A stretch of 64,000 nucleotides of DNA from an uncultured Thermoplasmata archaeon (GTDB lineage: Archaea > Thermoplasmatota > Thermoplasmata > UBA10834). A program made the translations under genes and the position numbers. Shown here piece after piece: positions 18,297 through 27,534 of the stretch. Each line of letters begins with the position of its first letter. Position 1 is the stretch's first letter. The notes below the pieces were generated by a model. That model had not been told where the DNA came from. It did not search any database and saw only the letters and a program-made list of their open reading frames with translations. The DNA is taken from contig OY970070.1 in NCBI GenBank assembly GCA_963705355.1, positions 1,906,960 through 1,970,959 on the forward strand, in the 5' to 3' direction.

Positions 18297-18793
18297 ACCT
18301 CCTCTTTGAGGTCCACGAAGTGCTGGAGATGGAAGGGTATCATCGGGTAGGGGTTGGTGGCGTTCCTCATGTCCTCGAGGTAGAGATAGTAGACGTGGTC
18401 CACCTGCTTCTGCCAGGCGGAAAGAAGTGCCGACGAGATAATGGCCTTCCTTCCTGGCGTGATGTCTATCGCCACCTCGTTCCCCGCAGCTCTCTCCTCC
18501 TCCATGACTGCCGTGATCTTCTTCCCCGACGACGTGAAGTCGCCCTCGTCTATCGTCCTAAGCACAGGCTCGATCCTCTTGCCGTAGGATTCCGTCAGGG
18601 TCCTTATCCATTCTGAGAGAGCGCGAGCATCATTTTCCCTGCCAAGTGTGACGAAAAGATAGATCTTGTCAGGCAGGTAGCCCTTGCAGCAGATCGCCGC
18701 CCAGAGGCTGTTGAGAACAGGCCACTTGCTGATGCCTGTCATCGTGATGTAGATCTTCTGAGCCATTCCCGTCAAGATAACGGCTATGTCCAT
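18287..18793 (-). CDS. minimal CARF-like Rossmann-fold domain protein (putative ligand sensor)
   Basis: Starts at Met56 of the 223-aa ORF (MDIAVILTGMA...). The N-terminal strand plus TG resembles CARF (hhhhS-hG). Signature EVAIDITPGRKAI resembles Csm6/Csx1 IDhTGGTK. The upstream 55 codons are low-complexity and unlikely to be coding. Confidence 0.45.
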   Translation of the reverse strand: MDIAVILTGMAQKIYITMTGISKWPVLNSLWAAICCKGYLPDKIYLFVTLGRENDARALSEWIRTLTESYGKRIEPVLRTIDEGDFTSSGKKITAVMEEERAAGNEVAIDITPGRKAIISSALLSAWQKQVDHVYYLYLEDMRNATNPYPMIPFHLQHFVDLKEEVWK

Positions 18794-19313
18794 GATAAAA
18801 TCCTTGCCGACAATAAGGGCCGCGGAGACGATTGGCGTCTTTCTGCGTGATTGTTGAGTCGAGGATTGGTGTCGAAACCTTTCTTCCAGAGCGCCGGAGC
18901 TCGGCTTTGTTTCCGCCAGAAGGTTCCGGAATCTCGAATCGAGAATCGACCACTGCACAACTTTGGTCGTTCAACGTTTGTGTTGCTTGCGGATAGGCCC
19001 ATAGAACACTACAAATAGATGCATGCTATTTCTTGACTCGGGGGTGAAAGCCTGAGGAGAATTTGGATAGTCGTAGCCGGAGTGCTAGCATTGGGGGTAA
19101 CTGTCGCACTCGCTGTTGTCGGTGTCGCTCCTGACGGAGGACACACATGGTTGCATGCAATCCATACTGCAGTGAGCTCTGTTGCCGACAAGGTTAGCGC
19201 AACTGGCGGCCACACATGGCTCACCTGAGTGTGAAAACCGAAATGGGCGACGTTTCAGTAGACGTCCCCATCCTAAACCAATAATCTTGCCAGGTTCGAC
19301 GGGAGAGTGTTAC

Positions 19314-20615
19314 TCAGCATCCTGCGAGAGTGGCCTCTGCCTTCCTGGCAAGGGCAACGTTGCCTATCTCTCTGTAGACGACGGAAGACTTCTTCAGTAG
19401 CTTCTTTGCCAACTTGGGATCGATTGCCGATTTCAATAGTGCCATTCCGTATTCGTAACAGCAAGCTGCGAAAGTATCCTCCACGCCAGAGGATCTCGCA
19501 GCTCTTACGCTCTTCTCAAACCATTCGAACCCCATCTGCAAGTTCGAGTTGTGGAATTCTACATACCCGTAGTTCCTGTAAGCAAGGGCAAGCATGTTCA
19601 GGTTGTTTGGTTCTTTGAAAACCGTAACCGCCTCGTCGGTGTATCTCAGTGAAGTGTCAATATCCCCAGCGCGTGCGCAGCAGTACCCAGCGTTCACAAG
19701 CGCAGCACCCAGAACCTCCATATTCCTGGTTGTCCTGCATGCAGAGATGGTCTTCTCGAAATACTCGGCAGCGTCTGTGAATCTCTCCCTCGACATGTTC
19801 AACACGCCGAGGTTGTTTGATATCCTGCACGAGTATTGCATATCCCCAATCTCAAGGAAATACTTCAAGCAGTTCTTGCTTGCATTCTCCGATTCTTCGG
19901 TTCTGCCCTCCAGGTCGTAGATGATTGCTAGGTTACCAAGAGCTTTTGCCTCTGCGTGTTTGTCTCCGATGGCCTTTGCCATAGATAGGCTGCTTTCGAA
20001 GCATCGGATTGCCGAAGCGTGGTCTCCCTTGTTGCCATACACGATTCCCATAGCTCCGTTCGTGAGACATACGCCTCTCCGGTCGCCCGCTTCCATGTAT
20101 TTCTCGATCGCGTTCAGGTATGACTCCAGTGCCTCATCCCAGCGGTTCTGCGCGACCTCTACTCTGCCCTGATAGAACAATGCGAATGCGAAGCTCTCGA
20201 CATCCTTTGTCCTCTCTGCAAGTCTCTTCAGCTCAAAACAGTTGAGCAATGCGCTATCCCAGTTGCTCGTATCACACTGTAGCGCCACGAGTTTCTTCAG
20301 GGCTTCCTTCCTCGTTCCATTGGATCCTCCATCGACGTCTCTTAAGGCGGCGACGTGTTCCTGAAGACTCCTATCAAGAGCCTTGATCTCTGGATGATTA
20401 GCAACAATTCCTCTGCCTTCCTTCGTCAGCGAGTAGCTTTCCTCATAATCCGCAAGGCCACCGTGGCCGATCCAACCTAGATCCTGCAAGCCCCTGAGCG
20501 CAGTCACACGGGCTTCTTTGGGAACTCCGTCAAGGCCGGATTTGATCAGCAATTGCCTGTTGTTCTCGCCGAGAACATAGAAGATGAGACTCTCTATCTC
20601 GTTTCTAGTGGCCAT
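19314..20615 (-). CDS. TPR-repeat protein
   Basis: 433 aa. Multiple TPR-like repeats (AxxxYxxAIxxY..., GNLAIIYDLEGRTEES). Confidence 0.7.
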   Translation of the reverse strand: MATRNEIESLIFYVLGENNRQLLIKSGLDGVPKEARVTALRGLQDLGWIGHGGLADYEESYSLTKEGRGIVANHPEIKALDRSLQEHVAALRDVDGGSNGTRKEALKKLVALQCDTSNWDSALLNCFELKRLAERTKDVESFAFALFYQGRVEVAQNRWDEALESYLNAIEKYMEAGDRRGVCLTNGAMGIVYGNKGDHASAIRCFESSLSMAKAIGDKHAEAKALGNLAIIYDLEGRTEESENASKNCLKYFLEIGDMQYSCRISNNLGVLNMSRERFTDAAEYFEKTISACRTTRNMEVLGAALVNAGYCCARAGDIDTSLRYTDEAVTVFKEPNNLNMLALAYRNYGYVEFHNSNLQMGFEWFEKSVRAARSSGVEDTFAACCYEYGMALLKSAIDPKLAKKLLKKSSVVYREIGNVALARKAEATLAGC

Positions 20616-20817
20616 GCTCTCTCCGGGAAGGGAATTACGTTATCAGCTTATGGAATAGATATAGCTTTTCCATGAGAAACCATGGTTCACATGTGGCTGT
20701 TCCCAGAATACTGACGACCTCTGCTTCCTGTGGAGCATCGTTCCCCAGATTGCAGCATCGCATGACTGGGGCAGGAAGGCGGAATCAATATGCCTCCGCA
20801 TCCCGAATCGGTGCCTG

Positions 20818-21429
20818 ATGAACCGAAAGAAGTCCTCTTCCGAGAGTCGTCATGGTATCAGTGAGGGCCACCGCTTTTCTGCCGAAGGCGACTTCATCGA
20901 GCGCCTAGAAGGCTCGGAGCGCAGGGAGAGCATACCTATCGAGCGCATTCTGCCAAACCTGGGTCTCAGAAGGGAAGATGTCGTGGCAGACTTGGGCTCG
21001 GGGATCGGCTACTTCTCGCTCCCCGTTGCAGAGCACGTCCGAGAGGTTATTTCGATCGACCAAGAGCCGAAGATGCTCAGAGTGCTCTCGGAGCGACTGC
21101 ATGAGGGAGACTTGCGGAATGTCAGCCTTGTCCGAGGAGAGATTACCGGTCTACCGGTTGCGGATTCGTCGATAGACCACGTTCTTGCGGCGTTTGTCTA
21201 TCACGAAGTCCCCAGCCAAGAGGGGCTTATTCGCGAATGCGCTCGGATACTCAGAGAGGACGGGTTCCTGACCGTGATCGACTTCCAGAAACGAAGCACG
21301 TCTTTTGGCCCGCCCGTCAAAGAAAGGAAGAAGCCCGAGCACGTCCTGAGAACCTCGAGAGAATGGTTCAGATTGGCCTCACGACATGAGACCGAGGTCT
21401 ACTATCAGCTGCTCCTGACGCGCATCTGA
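20818..21429 (+). CDS. class I SAM-dependent methyltransferase
   Basis: Motif I VADLGSGIGYFSLPVA. Motif post-I/II ISIDQEP. Rossmann MTase layout. Confidence 0.75.
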   Translation: MNRKKSSSESRHGISEGHRFSAEGDFIERLEGSERRESIPIERILPNLGLRREDVVADLGSGIGYFSLPVAEHVREVISIDQEPKMLRVLSERLHEGDLRNVSLVRGEITGLPVADSSIDHVLAAFVYHEVPSQEGLIRECARILREDGFLTVIDFQKRSTSFGPPVKERKKPEHVLRTSREWFRLASRHETEVYYQLLLTRI

Positions 21430-21435
21430 AGAAGG

Positions 21436-21511
21436 TGGCGCCCCGGTCGGGATTCGGACCCGAGTCCCGAGCTCGACAGGCTCGGATGATAGGCCGCTAC
21501 ACTACCGGGGC
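21436..21511 (-). tRNA. tRNA-Asp (anticodon GTC), CCA encoded
   Basis: Manual fold of the reverse complement: acceptor GCCCCGG/CCGGGGC, anticodon stem CGAGC/GCTCG, loop CTGTCGA (GTC), T stem TCGGG/CCCGA, discriminator G, CCA. The T-loop reads TCCGAAT, i.e. C at position 55 instead of the near-universal U. Confidence 0.75.
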
Positions 21512-21630
21512 TTGTGGACAAGCGCTGGAATAGCGGCTTACAAAGCGTCGTCTTGAGGCAAAAGCGAACTGCGTATATAAGCGTTGGCGGGTTGCAGAAA
21601 TGCTGGCTTCAGTGCGATCTGAGCGTGCGC

Positions 21631-21834
21631 TCAGACCTTCTTCTCCTCCGGCTTGGCCGGAGTCGCAGGTGCCGGCTTCGGCTCGTCCTTGAACTCCTCG
21701 ACAGGCCTTGTCGTGTACACGCCGCACTTCATGCAGTAGAATGTGACGAAATCGTCGTCCTTGTCGTCGGCGATGAGTTCCTTGCCGCACATCCTGCATT
21801 TGGTCTTCATGTCTATCAGTTTCATGTGCACCAA
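21631..21834 (-). CDS. small zinc-ribbon protein
   Basis: 67 aa with CRMCGK...CMKCGV (C4 ribbon) and an acidic/Pro-Lys-rich tail. Confidence 0.4.
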   Translation of the reverse strand: MVHMKLIDMKTKCRMCGKELIADDKDDDFVTFYCMKCGVYTTRPVEEFKDEPKPAPATPAKPEEKKV

Positions 21835-21894
21835 CCTGTGAGCGGCCTCTGAATGACAGCTTGTTCTTTAAGCTTTGTGGAATCCAGCAGGAGC

Positions 21895-22923
21895 CTACTT
21901 CCAGTTCACCAGGATTTCCTCTCTGTTGAAGACCTTGAGGCTCAGGAGGACCACTCCAGCATCGACCGCGATGACTGCAAGCGAGAAGACGATCATCGGC
22001 AGCAGCGCCGTCGACAGAACGCCTGCCAAGCTGAAGAAGAAGAACAGCAGGACGGGAAGGATGAGCACACCACCGATTTGCTGCGACACCCTCACGTCAT
22101 TCACCCTCGAGGAGATAATCACGTTCGCCAGTATGCTCATGAGACACATCCCCGGTGCGAGCAGCAGTATGCCAACGATCCAGTACGCGTTGGGCAGCGG
22201 ATAGTATCCAAGGAACGGCTTGGTGAGAACATCGACCATGACCACCGCGACTATGAACGAGATCCAAGTCGCTCCCATGCTCACTGCGAATATCGAACCA
22301 GACTTCCCCGCAAGCAGTTCTAGGTCGGTTGTGGGAGTCGCCAAGAGCGGTTCAAGGCTCCTGTTGACCTTCTCGCCCACGAAGCTGTATGACGCAGTGA
22401 CGGTCGGTATTGTGACCGGTGTCATTATGAGGAGGATCAGCAGCACGTTGAACATGAGTGCCTTGAGCTGCTCGAGCTCGTGGCTTCCACCGGCATATTG
22501 CGATGAGCGGACCGTGTTGCCGACATCGCTTGAGAGATTGACCAGGTAGCACTGGTCGAGCATGCTGCTTCGGACGGACGAATAGGCTATGCGCGACTCG
22601 TTCAGGTTGGAATTGACTATCGTGCAGTTCTCAACTATGCTATTCCTGATGACGCTGTTCGTTATGTTCACGTACTGCAGCCTCGCGTTGACCACCGTAG
22701 CGTCCGTCAGTGTTGCGTTGTCCAGGATGTAGCTGATGTCGAACTTCAGATCTAATTGGGCCTGGCTTTGCCGGCTTAACTGGTTGATCGGGACAACATA
22801 CACGACCGGCAGGATCACGGATGCGAAGAGAGGCATGAGCACGATCGTCAGCATGATGTACCTGTTCTTGCGGAACTCAGACAGATCCTTCTTGGCGACG
22901 ATTATCGCTCGATCCATCCTCAT
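21895..22923 (-). CDS. ABC-2 family transporter permease with about 100-aa pentapeptide-repeat insertion in first extracellular loop
   Basis: 6-TM ABC-2 topology. Between TM1 and TM2: TVVNA RLQYV NITNS VIRNS IVENC TIVNS NLNES RIAYS SVRSS MLDQC YLVNL, about 11 tandem pentapeptides with many N-x-S/T sequons. Confidence 0.75.
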   Translation of the reverse strand: MRMDRAIIVAKKDLSEFRKNRYIMLTIVLMPLFASVILPVVYVVPINQLSRQSQAQLDLKFDISYILDNATLTDATVVNARLQYVNITNSVIRNSIVENCTIVNSNLNESRIAYSSVRSSMLDQCYLVNLSSDVGNTVRSSQYAGGSHELEQLKALMFNVLLILLIMTPVTIPTVTASYSFVGEKVNRSLEPLLATPTTDLELLAGKSGSIFAVSMGATWISFIVAVVMVDVLTKPFLGYYPLPNAYWIVGILLLAPGMCLMSILANVIISSRVNDVRVSQQIGGVLILPVLLFFFFSLAGVLSTALLPMIVFSLAVIAVDAGVVLLSLKVFNREEILVNWK

Positions 22924-23846
22924 CGGCTTCCGCCTCCGATGAGCTTCATGTAGACATCCTCGAGCGACCTCTTGAGCTCTGTAACGTACTCTATCTTCGC
23001 CCCCGCCCGCGCGAGCCTCTCAACGATGACCGGATTCCTAGTCTCCGGATCATCCAGATCCACGAGGATCCGGCCATCTTCAACCCGAACGTTCGAAGCG
23101 AATTCGAGACCGCGGACGATGTCGACGTACGAAGTATCTGGGGAAGCCAGCTCTATCACAGTCGTCCTGCCCCAGTACCTCCTCGCGAGTTCCTTGGGCG
23201 AGCCTATGGCAAGTGCTGTTCTGTTCATCACAGCGATCCTGTCGCAGAGTCTCTCCACCTCGTCGAGGTGGTGGCTGTTGATGAACACCGTTCTCCCCTC
23301 TTTCTTCAGGGCTACGAGGAACTCCCGAACTGTCAGTGAGGCCTGAGGGTCGAGGCCAGCTGTCGGCTCATCCAGGAAAACCACCTGTGGATCGTGAACG
23401 AAAGCGCGGGCGATCGCAATCTTCTGCTTCATGCCCTTGGAGTAGGTCGCTATCGGCTCTTCCCTGCGGTCCCAGAGATCGAGCATCTTCAGGAGCTCCT
23501 CGATCCTCTTTTCCCTGCGGTCCTTCGGAACGCCGTAAAGCTGCGCGAAGAAGTCGAGATTCTTGTTTGCGCTCAGGGACTCATACAACCCTGGCGACTC
23601 GGGAAGGACGCCCACAATCCCTCGGATCTTCTGCGATTCGACCTCCTTGTTGATCTCGAAGCCGTTGACAAAAGCCGTTCCAGAAGTCTGCTTGATCAAA
23701 CACGCGAGCATCCTGATTGTGGTGGTCTTGCCCGCGCCGTTCGGCCCGAGCAGTCCGAAAACCTCTCCCTGCTCGACCTTCAGGTTCAGGTCCTCGACTG
23801 CAACCTTTCCGTCGAAGGTTCGGCCGAGGCCAACAGTCTCAATCAT
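22920..23846 (-). CDS. ABC transporter ATP-binding protein
   Basis: Walker A GPNGAGKTTT. Signature LSGGMKQKIAIARA-like (YSKGMKQKIAIARA). Walker B VVFLDEPTAGLD. 4-nt overlap with the permease. Confidence 0.9.
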   Translation of the reverse strand: MIETVGLGRTFDGKVAVEDLNLKVEQGEVFGLLGPNGAGKTTTIRMLACLIKQTSGTAFVNGFEINKEVESQKIRGIVGVLPESPGLYESLSANKNLDFFAQLYGVPKDRREKRIEELLKMLDLWDRREEPIATYSKGMKQKIAIARAFVHDPQVVFLDEPTAGLDPQASLTVREFLVALKKEGRTVFINSHHLDEVERLCDRIAVMNRTALAIGSPKELARRYWGRTTVIELASPDTSYVDIVRGLEFASNVRVEDGRILVDLDDPETRNPVIVERLARAGAKIEYVTELKRSLEDVYMKLIGGGSR

Positions 23847-23929
23847 CGCGATGTCACTCCGTCAGCTTGCCGTGCTGACACAGACGCTTGCATCTGATAA
23901 AGAATACGGTGGGACTATCATTTTGCGCC

Positions 23930-24298
23930 TTACATGCGAGAGGACATGATCTTCAATATCGCCTCTGCGGGAGCACCGTCTGTCTCCTGAAGGGCCTTCC
24001 TGGCTTCGGCCGGCGTGCAGCCAGTCTGTGATACCACCAACTTGATGTCGTCCTCTGGAATGCCGCCCTCCTTGCCCTCTTCCCGCTTGCGCTCTCTCTC
24101 CTGCGGCGTGCCCACAATCTGGTAGGTCTTCTGTCCCTGGACGGTGACGGCGGTGACCGCAGCGTCCTTGAAAACGAGCTCCTTAGTCCTGGTCTTGATG
24201 ACGACCTCTTCGACCTCAGGCATTTCCTCTTGGTCGATCCCCATCCGCTTCATCATCGCTTTCATCTGCTTGGGGTTCATCCTTCCGCCGGGCATCAT
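23930..24298 (-). CDS. nac: nascent polypeptide-associated complex protein (archaeal alpha-NAC) with UBA domain
   Basis: NAC domain (IKTRTKELVFKDAAVTAVTVQGQKTYQIVG). C-terminal UBA-like (EDDIKLVVSQTGCTPAEARKALQETDG). Start taken at Met25 (MMPGG). Confidence 0.8.
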   Translation of the reverse strand: MMPGGRMNPKQMKAMMKRMGIDQEEMPEVEEVVIKTRTKELVFKDAAVTAVTVQGQKTYQIVGTPQERERKREEGKEGGIPEDDIKLVVSQTGCTPAEARKALQETDGAPAEAILKIMSSRM

Positions 24299-24409
24299 TC
24301 TGGGCACCTCTCGCGGCTCGCATCCTCTGCAACAGGCAATCTTCATAAAAGGGTTTTGGGCCATTTCCATTTATTCTACGAAGTAAGTACTGTTCCGGAG
24401 TTGTCGGAC

Positions 24410-25045
24410 ATGTCGGAAGAGATCGCGGATCCTCGAAGTGCGAAGCGGCTGAGGCTCTGGTATTTGGTGATAGTCATTGCCGTCGCCGCGATACTCGGGT
24501 TCTCGATGTTGTCGGTGCTCCTATATCGCCAAATGCAGGACTATCATGATGCCAAGTACAGGTCCCAGTATGTCATCGTCGGCGATATCAGCACCTACGC
24601 CCAGTTGGTCGATTCGCACGTCGCCACAATGACAAATACCAGCATCACTCTGAATGACAGAGCGATTGCAGGCACTTCTGCGGTCAATGACCTGAGATAT
24701 CTCTCATCTCTGGTCCGCGCAATTCGAGAAATGTACCTTGCTGATTCGGAGAAGAACGATACGCTCTACATTCTTGGACAGGCGGTCGATACTCTGGGCA
24801 TGAACGCCGAGACGGTGTATGACAACTTGCTGAGGAATCTCACCGATGGCGTCCCCATGCTCGAGCATCCGGCTCTGAATGCCAAGCTTGAGACGGCCGC
24901 CGCTCTGATCGGCAGCCTGTCCCCGGTCCTGGACGCCGGATTCAAAGAGGGCGTGGATTTCGAGAAGCATCCGTATTCCATCGTGAACAATCTGGATCTG
25001 GCATCGATTCGGAGCATTTCCGTCTCGGTCATCAATGCATTCTGA
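24410..25045 (+). CDS. membrane-anchored hypothetical protein
   Basis: A single N-terminal TM (LWYLVIVIAVAAILGFSMLSVLLY) followed by a soluble domain. Start at internal ATG 24410. Confidence 0.4.
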   Translation: MSEEIADPRSAKRLRLWYLVIVIAVAAILGFSMLSVLLYRQMQDYHDAKYRSQYVIVGDISTYAQLVDSHVATMTNTSITLNDRAIAGTSAVNDLRYLSSLVRAIREMYLADSEKNDTLYILGQAVDTLGMNAETVYDNLLRNLTDGVPMLEHPALNAKLETAAALIGSLSPVLDAGFKEGVDFEKHPYSIVNNLDLASIRSISVSVINAF

Positions 25046-25136
25046 TCGATGCCATAAGGACATTCTACGATCCTTCACGATTCCTTCGAGGAAACGTTTT
25101 ATACGCCCCTCGAACATTGATGATGCACTCTCGCGA

Positions 25137-25643
25137 ATGTCAAGGTCGATGGATATGGCCGGTATCGAGAAGGACTTGATGGATGCGCAGGACGCGATGG
25201 CGAGCGGCGACTTCGACGGTGCCATCTCGAAGTACAATAAGGTCCTCAAGGCGGACCCGAAACGCGCAGATGCATATTTCGGAAAGGCCGAGGCGTCTGT
25301 AGGAGTTCCGAAGATGACGCCCGAAGAGGTCATGGAGCTCTACAAGAAAGCCGTCGAACTGGACCCCAAGAACCCGATCTATCAGTCCTCATATGCCGCG
25401 TACCTCATCGAGATTGGGAGGTTCAACGAAGCCGAGGCGGCGTATCTGAAAGCCGCTGAGCTGGATCCGGACAACGCAAGATACTACTTCTCAGAATTCG
25501 GAGTCGAGTACATTCAGCGAGCTCCAGTGGTGATGGAGAAGTTCCTTGACGACAAGACCAAGGAGATGATCCTCAAGAAGGGTCTGAAGTACCTCCTGAA
25601 AGCAGCAGGCATCACAGAGGAAGAGGCGAAGAAGCTCCTCTGA
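25137..25643 (+). CDS. TPR-repeat protein (short)
   Basis: Three to four TPR-like helices (ADAYFGKAEA..., YQSSYAAYLIEIGRFNEAEAAYLKAAELDP). Confidence 0.5.
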   Translation: MSRSMDMAGIEKDLMDAQDAMASGDFDGAISKYNKVLKADPKRADAYFGKAEASVGVPKMTPEEVMELYKKAVELDPKNPIYQSSYAAYLIEIGRFNEAEAAYLKAAELDPDNARYYFSEFGVEYIQRAPVVMEKFLDDKTKEMILKKGLKYLLKAAGITEEEAKKLL

Positions 25644-25649
25644 TAGTGC

Positions 25650-25805
25650 TCAGGTCAGTCGTTTTACCCTCTTCTGTCCTCCAGCGCAAGTCCTGCAAAC
25701 ATGCGTGACCGGATCGGAATCCTGAGGGCAGACAAGCCTTCCGCAGAGAGGGCAGGTCGTCGCAGCGGGCCGGCCGCATATGCTGCAAATACCGATCATC
25801 GACAT
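25650..25805 (-). CDS. small C4 zinc-finger protein
   Basis: CSICGRP...CPLCGRLVC...CRTCAG. The longer 109-aa ORF would overlap the HAD gene out of frame, so the Met59 start was chosen. Confidence 0.3.
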   Translation of the reverse strand: MSMIGICSICGRPAATTCPLCGRLVCPQDSDPVTHVCRTCAGGQKRVKRLT

Positions 25806-25849
25806 GGCGGACTGTGAAGCGATTCGCAGCGAGATAAAACCTTCCGAAT

Positions 25850-26563
25850 CTAGCGCTCTGTGAGCCCGAGCCACACGAGACCTTCGATAACGCCTTTTCC
25901 GTCCGATCCCTTGGCGACGAATGATGCTACCCGCTTCGTGCCCTCGAACGCATTCCCTACTGCTATCCCGTACCCGCACTCACGGATCATCATCTCGTCA
26001 TTGTCAGAGTCGCCTATTGCGGCGACATCCTTGACCGATATCCCGAGAAGCTCGCATCCCTTCTGGATCCCGCGGAACTTGTTCATCCCCTTCTCCATTA
26101 TGTGCACTGCCCAGCCGGTCGTCTGCACATCCACGGGCCAGTCCTTCAGAATCTCCTTGACCTTCTCGAGGCTCACGTCTCGTTTCAGCCCGATCTCGGT
26201 CTCGCGCCATTTGTCGGTGAAAAGCCTCTCGGCGTCCATCTTGGTCCTGAGGAAGTCGTATGCCTTTCGCGGGCCTTCCAGAGCTCCAAGGGTCCATGTC
26301 TTCTGCTGGTAGGACACGATCCCGCCGTTCTCGGCAATGATAGGGCCCTTGAACCCCAGATAGTTGGACAGGGCATAGGCGATGGGGAGGACATTCCCGC
26401 TCGCCAACATGATTGGCATTCCAGAATCTTGTACGTCGCGGAGTGCTGCCACCGCCTCGAGGTCAACCCTCCTGGAATCGTCCGCGAGCGTGCCGTCAAC
26501 ATCCACCGCGAGAGCCTTGATCTCCTCTGGGTTCGGCCTACGCTTCCTTCTGCCAGCGCTCAC
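25850..26563 (-). CDS. phosphoglycolate phosphatase (HAD-IIB/Cof-type, archaeal PGPase)
   Basis: HAD motif I VDVDGTLAD. Motif III/IV (KGSDGKGV...GDSDNDEMM). Length 237 aa. Confidence 0.8.
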   Translation of the reverse strand: MSAGRRKRRPNPEEIKALAVDVDGTLADDSRRVDLEAVAALRDVQDSGMPIMLASGNVLPIAYALSNYLGFKGPIIAENGGIVSYQQKTWTLGALEGPRKAYDFLRTKMDAERLFTDKWRETEIGLKRDVSLEKVKEILKDWPVDVQTTGWAVHIMEKGMNKFRGIQKGCELLGISVKDVAAIGDSDNDEMMIRECGYGIAVGNAFEGTKRVASFVAKGSDGKGVIEGLVWLGLTER

Positions 26564-27456
26564 TTGCTCCTCAGCTCGCCAAGGGTAGTGACTCTCTCCG
26601 CAAAAGCGTTGTGTTTGTGTATGGATTCCTCGCTCTCGCTGCGGACCGTCACATGTACGGAATCGTCCAGGTGCTTGTACTTCTTCAGCAGCTTGCCCAG
26701 AATGTCCCTGACGACATCCTCGACGAACTTCGGGTTCTCGTGCGCCTTCAGGACAACATTCGCCTCATCTTTGCGCTTCAGAATGCCGTATGTGGGGCTG
26801 CTGAGCGAACTCTCCACGATCTCGACCAGGTCGTCGGCCTCGACCTCGACATGCTCGGGCACCTCGATCATCAGCGAAGTCCTGTTGCGCTGGTTGTGCG
26901 ATATCATCGGGACATCGGAAGGCACCCGCTTCAGTTCAGGATGCTTCGCCGTCAGCTGGTGCCTGACGGTTTCCATGGCGCATGGACAAGCGGTCATGCC
27001 CTGAACCTCGACCCCGACCAACTTCATGAGGCCGTTGCCTCGCATCGCAGTGGCCTTCGCCATCAGCTTGAACGGCTCGAGCGACGCCTTCCCACCGTCC
27101 GGCCTTCGCTCGAGAAAATAGTCCGCGGACATCTGGACCTCGGCGAAGCTCGCGTAGTCGTGCCTCACGAGCAGCTTCTTGCACAGGTTCGCCGCTAACT
27201 GCTCGAGGCTCGCCACCTTTGTCCTCACGCTCTCCTCGAGCATCTCGGTGATCACCTCGACGTTCCGGGACATGTGCGACCCTCTCTGTGTCGATGGGAG
27301 GTCGACGAAAGCATCGATGACCGCGGTGAGGTGGTTGTCCTTGCCGTCCCTGTGGACCACTATCGGCTTGCGGACTCCAGTGATCCCCACCCGCGTCAGC
27401 TTGAAACTGTTCTCAAGCCTCTTGGCCTGACAATCCAGCCTGTCCTTTTGCGTCAA
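26560..27456 (-). CDS. mptA: GTP cyclohydrolase MptA/FolE2 family (GTP cyclohydrolase IV)
   Basis: FolE2/MptA block STQRGSHMSRNVEV. Length is about 300 aa. 4-nt overlap with the PGPase gene. Confidence 0.7.
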   Translation of the reverse strand: MTQKDRLDCQAKRLENSFKLTRVGITGVRKPIVVHRDGKDNHLTAVIDAFVDLPSTQRGSHMSRNVEVITEMLEESVRTKVASLEQLAANLCKKLLVRHDYASFAEVQMSADYFLERRPDGGKASLEPFKLMAKATAMRGNGLMKLVGVEVQGMTACPCAMETVRHQLTAKHPELKRVPSDVPMISHNQRNRTSLMIEVPEHVEVEADDLVEIVESSLSSPTYGILKRKDEANVVLKAHENPKFVEDVVRDILGKLLKKYKHLDDSVHVTVRSESEESIHKHNAFAERVTTLGELRSK

Positions 27457-27534
27457 CGCGCGGGCATAACCTGGCCTGAATAATAAATAGTGGTGAATTT
27501 ACTATTCGAACGGTAGCTCAGCCTTGCTTTTTAT

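Noticed and set aside
18794-18958. N-terminal 55 codons of the 223-aa ORF preceding the CARF-like domain
   Set aside because: It is a low-complexity, Ser/Arg/Gln-rich stretch with no hydrophobic periodicity. The internal Met at 18793 gives a canonical CARF N-terminal strand.
18959-19313. 355-bp non-coding gap was checked for SRP RNA, RNase P RNA or small ORFs
   Set aside because: No conserved SRP helix-8 or RNase P P4 motifs were recognisable. Only a weak sub-60-aa hydrophobic ORF is present. It remains unassigned.
26102-27004. 300-aa plus-strand ORF
   Set aside because: It is antisense to the mptA and PGPase genes, which have clear family motifs.
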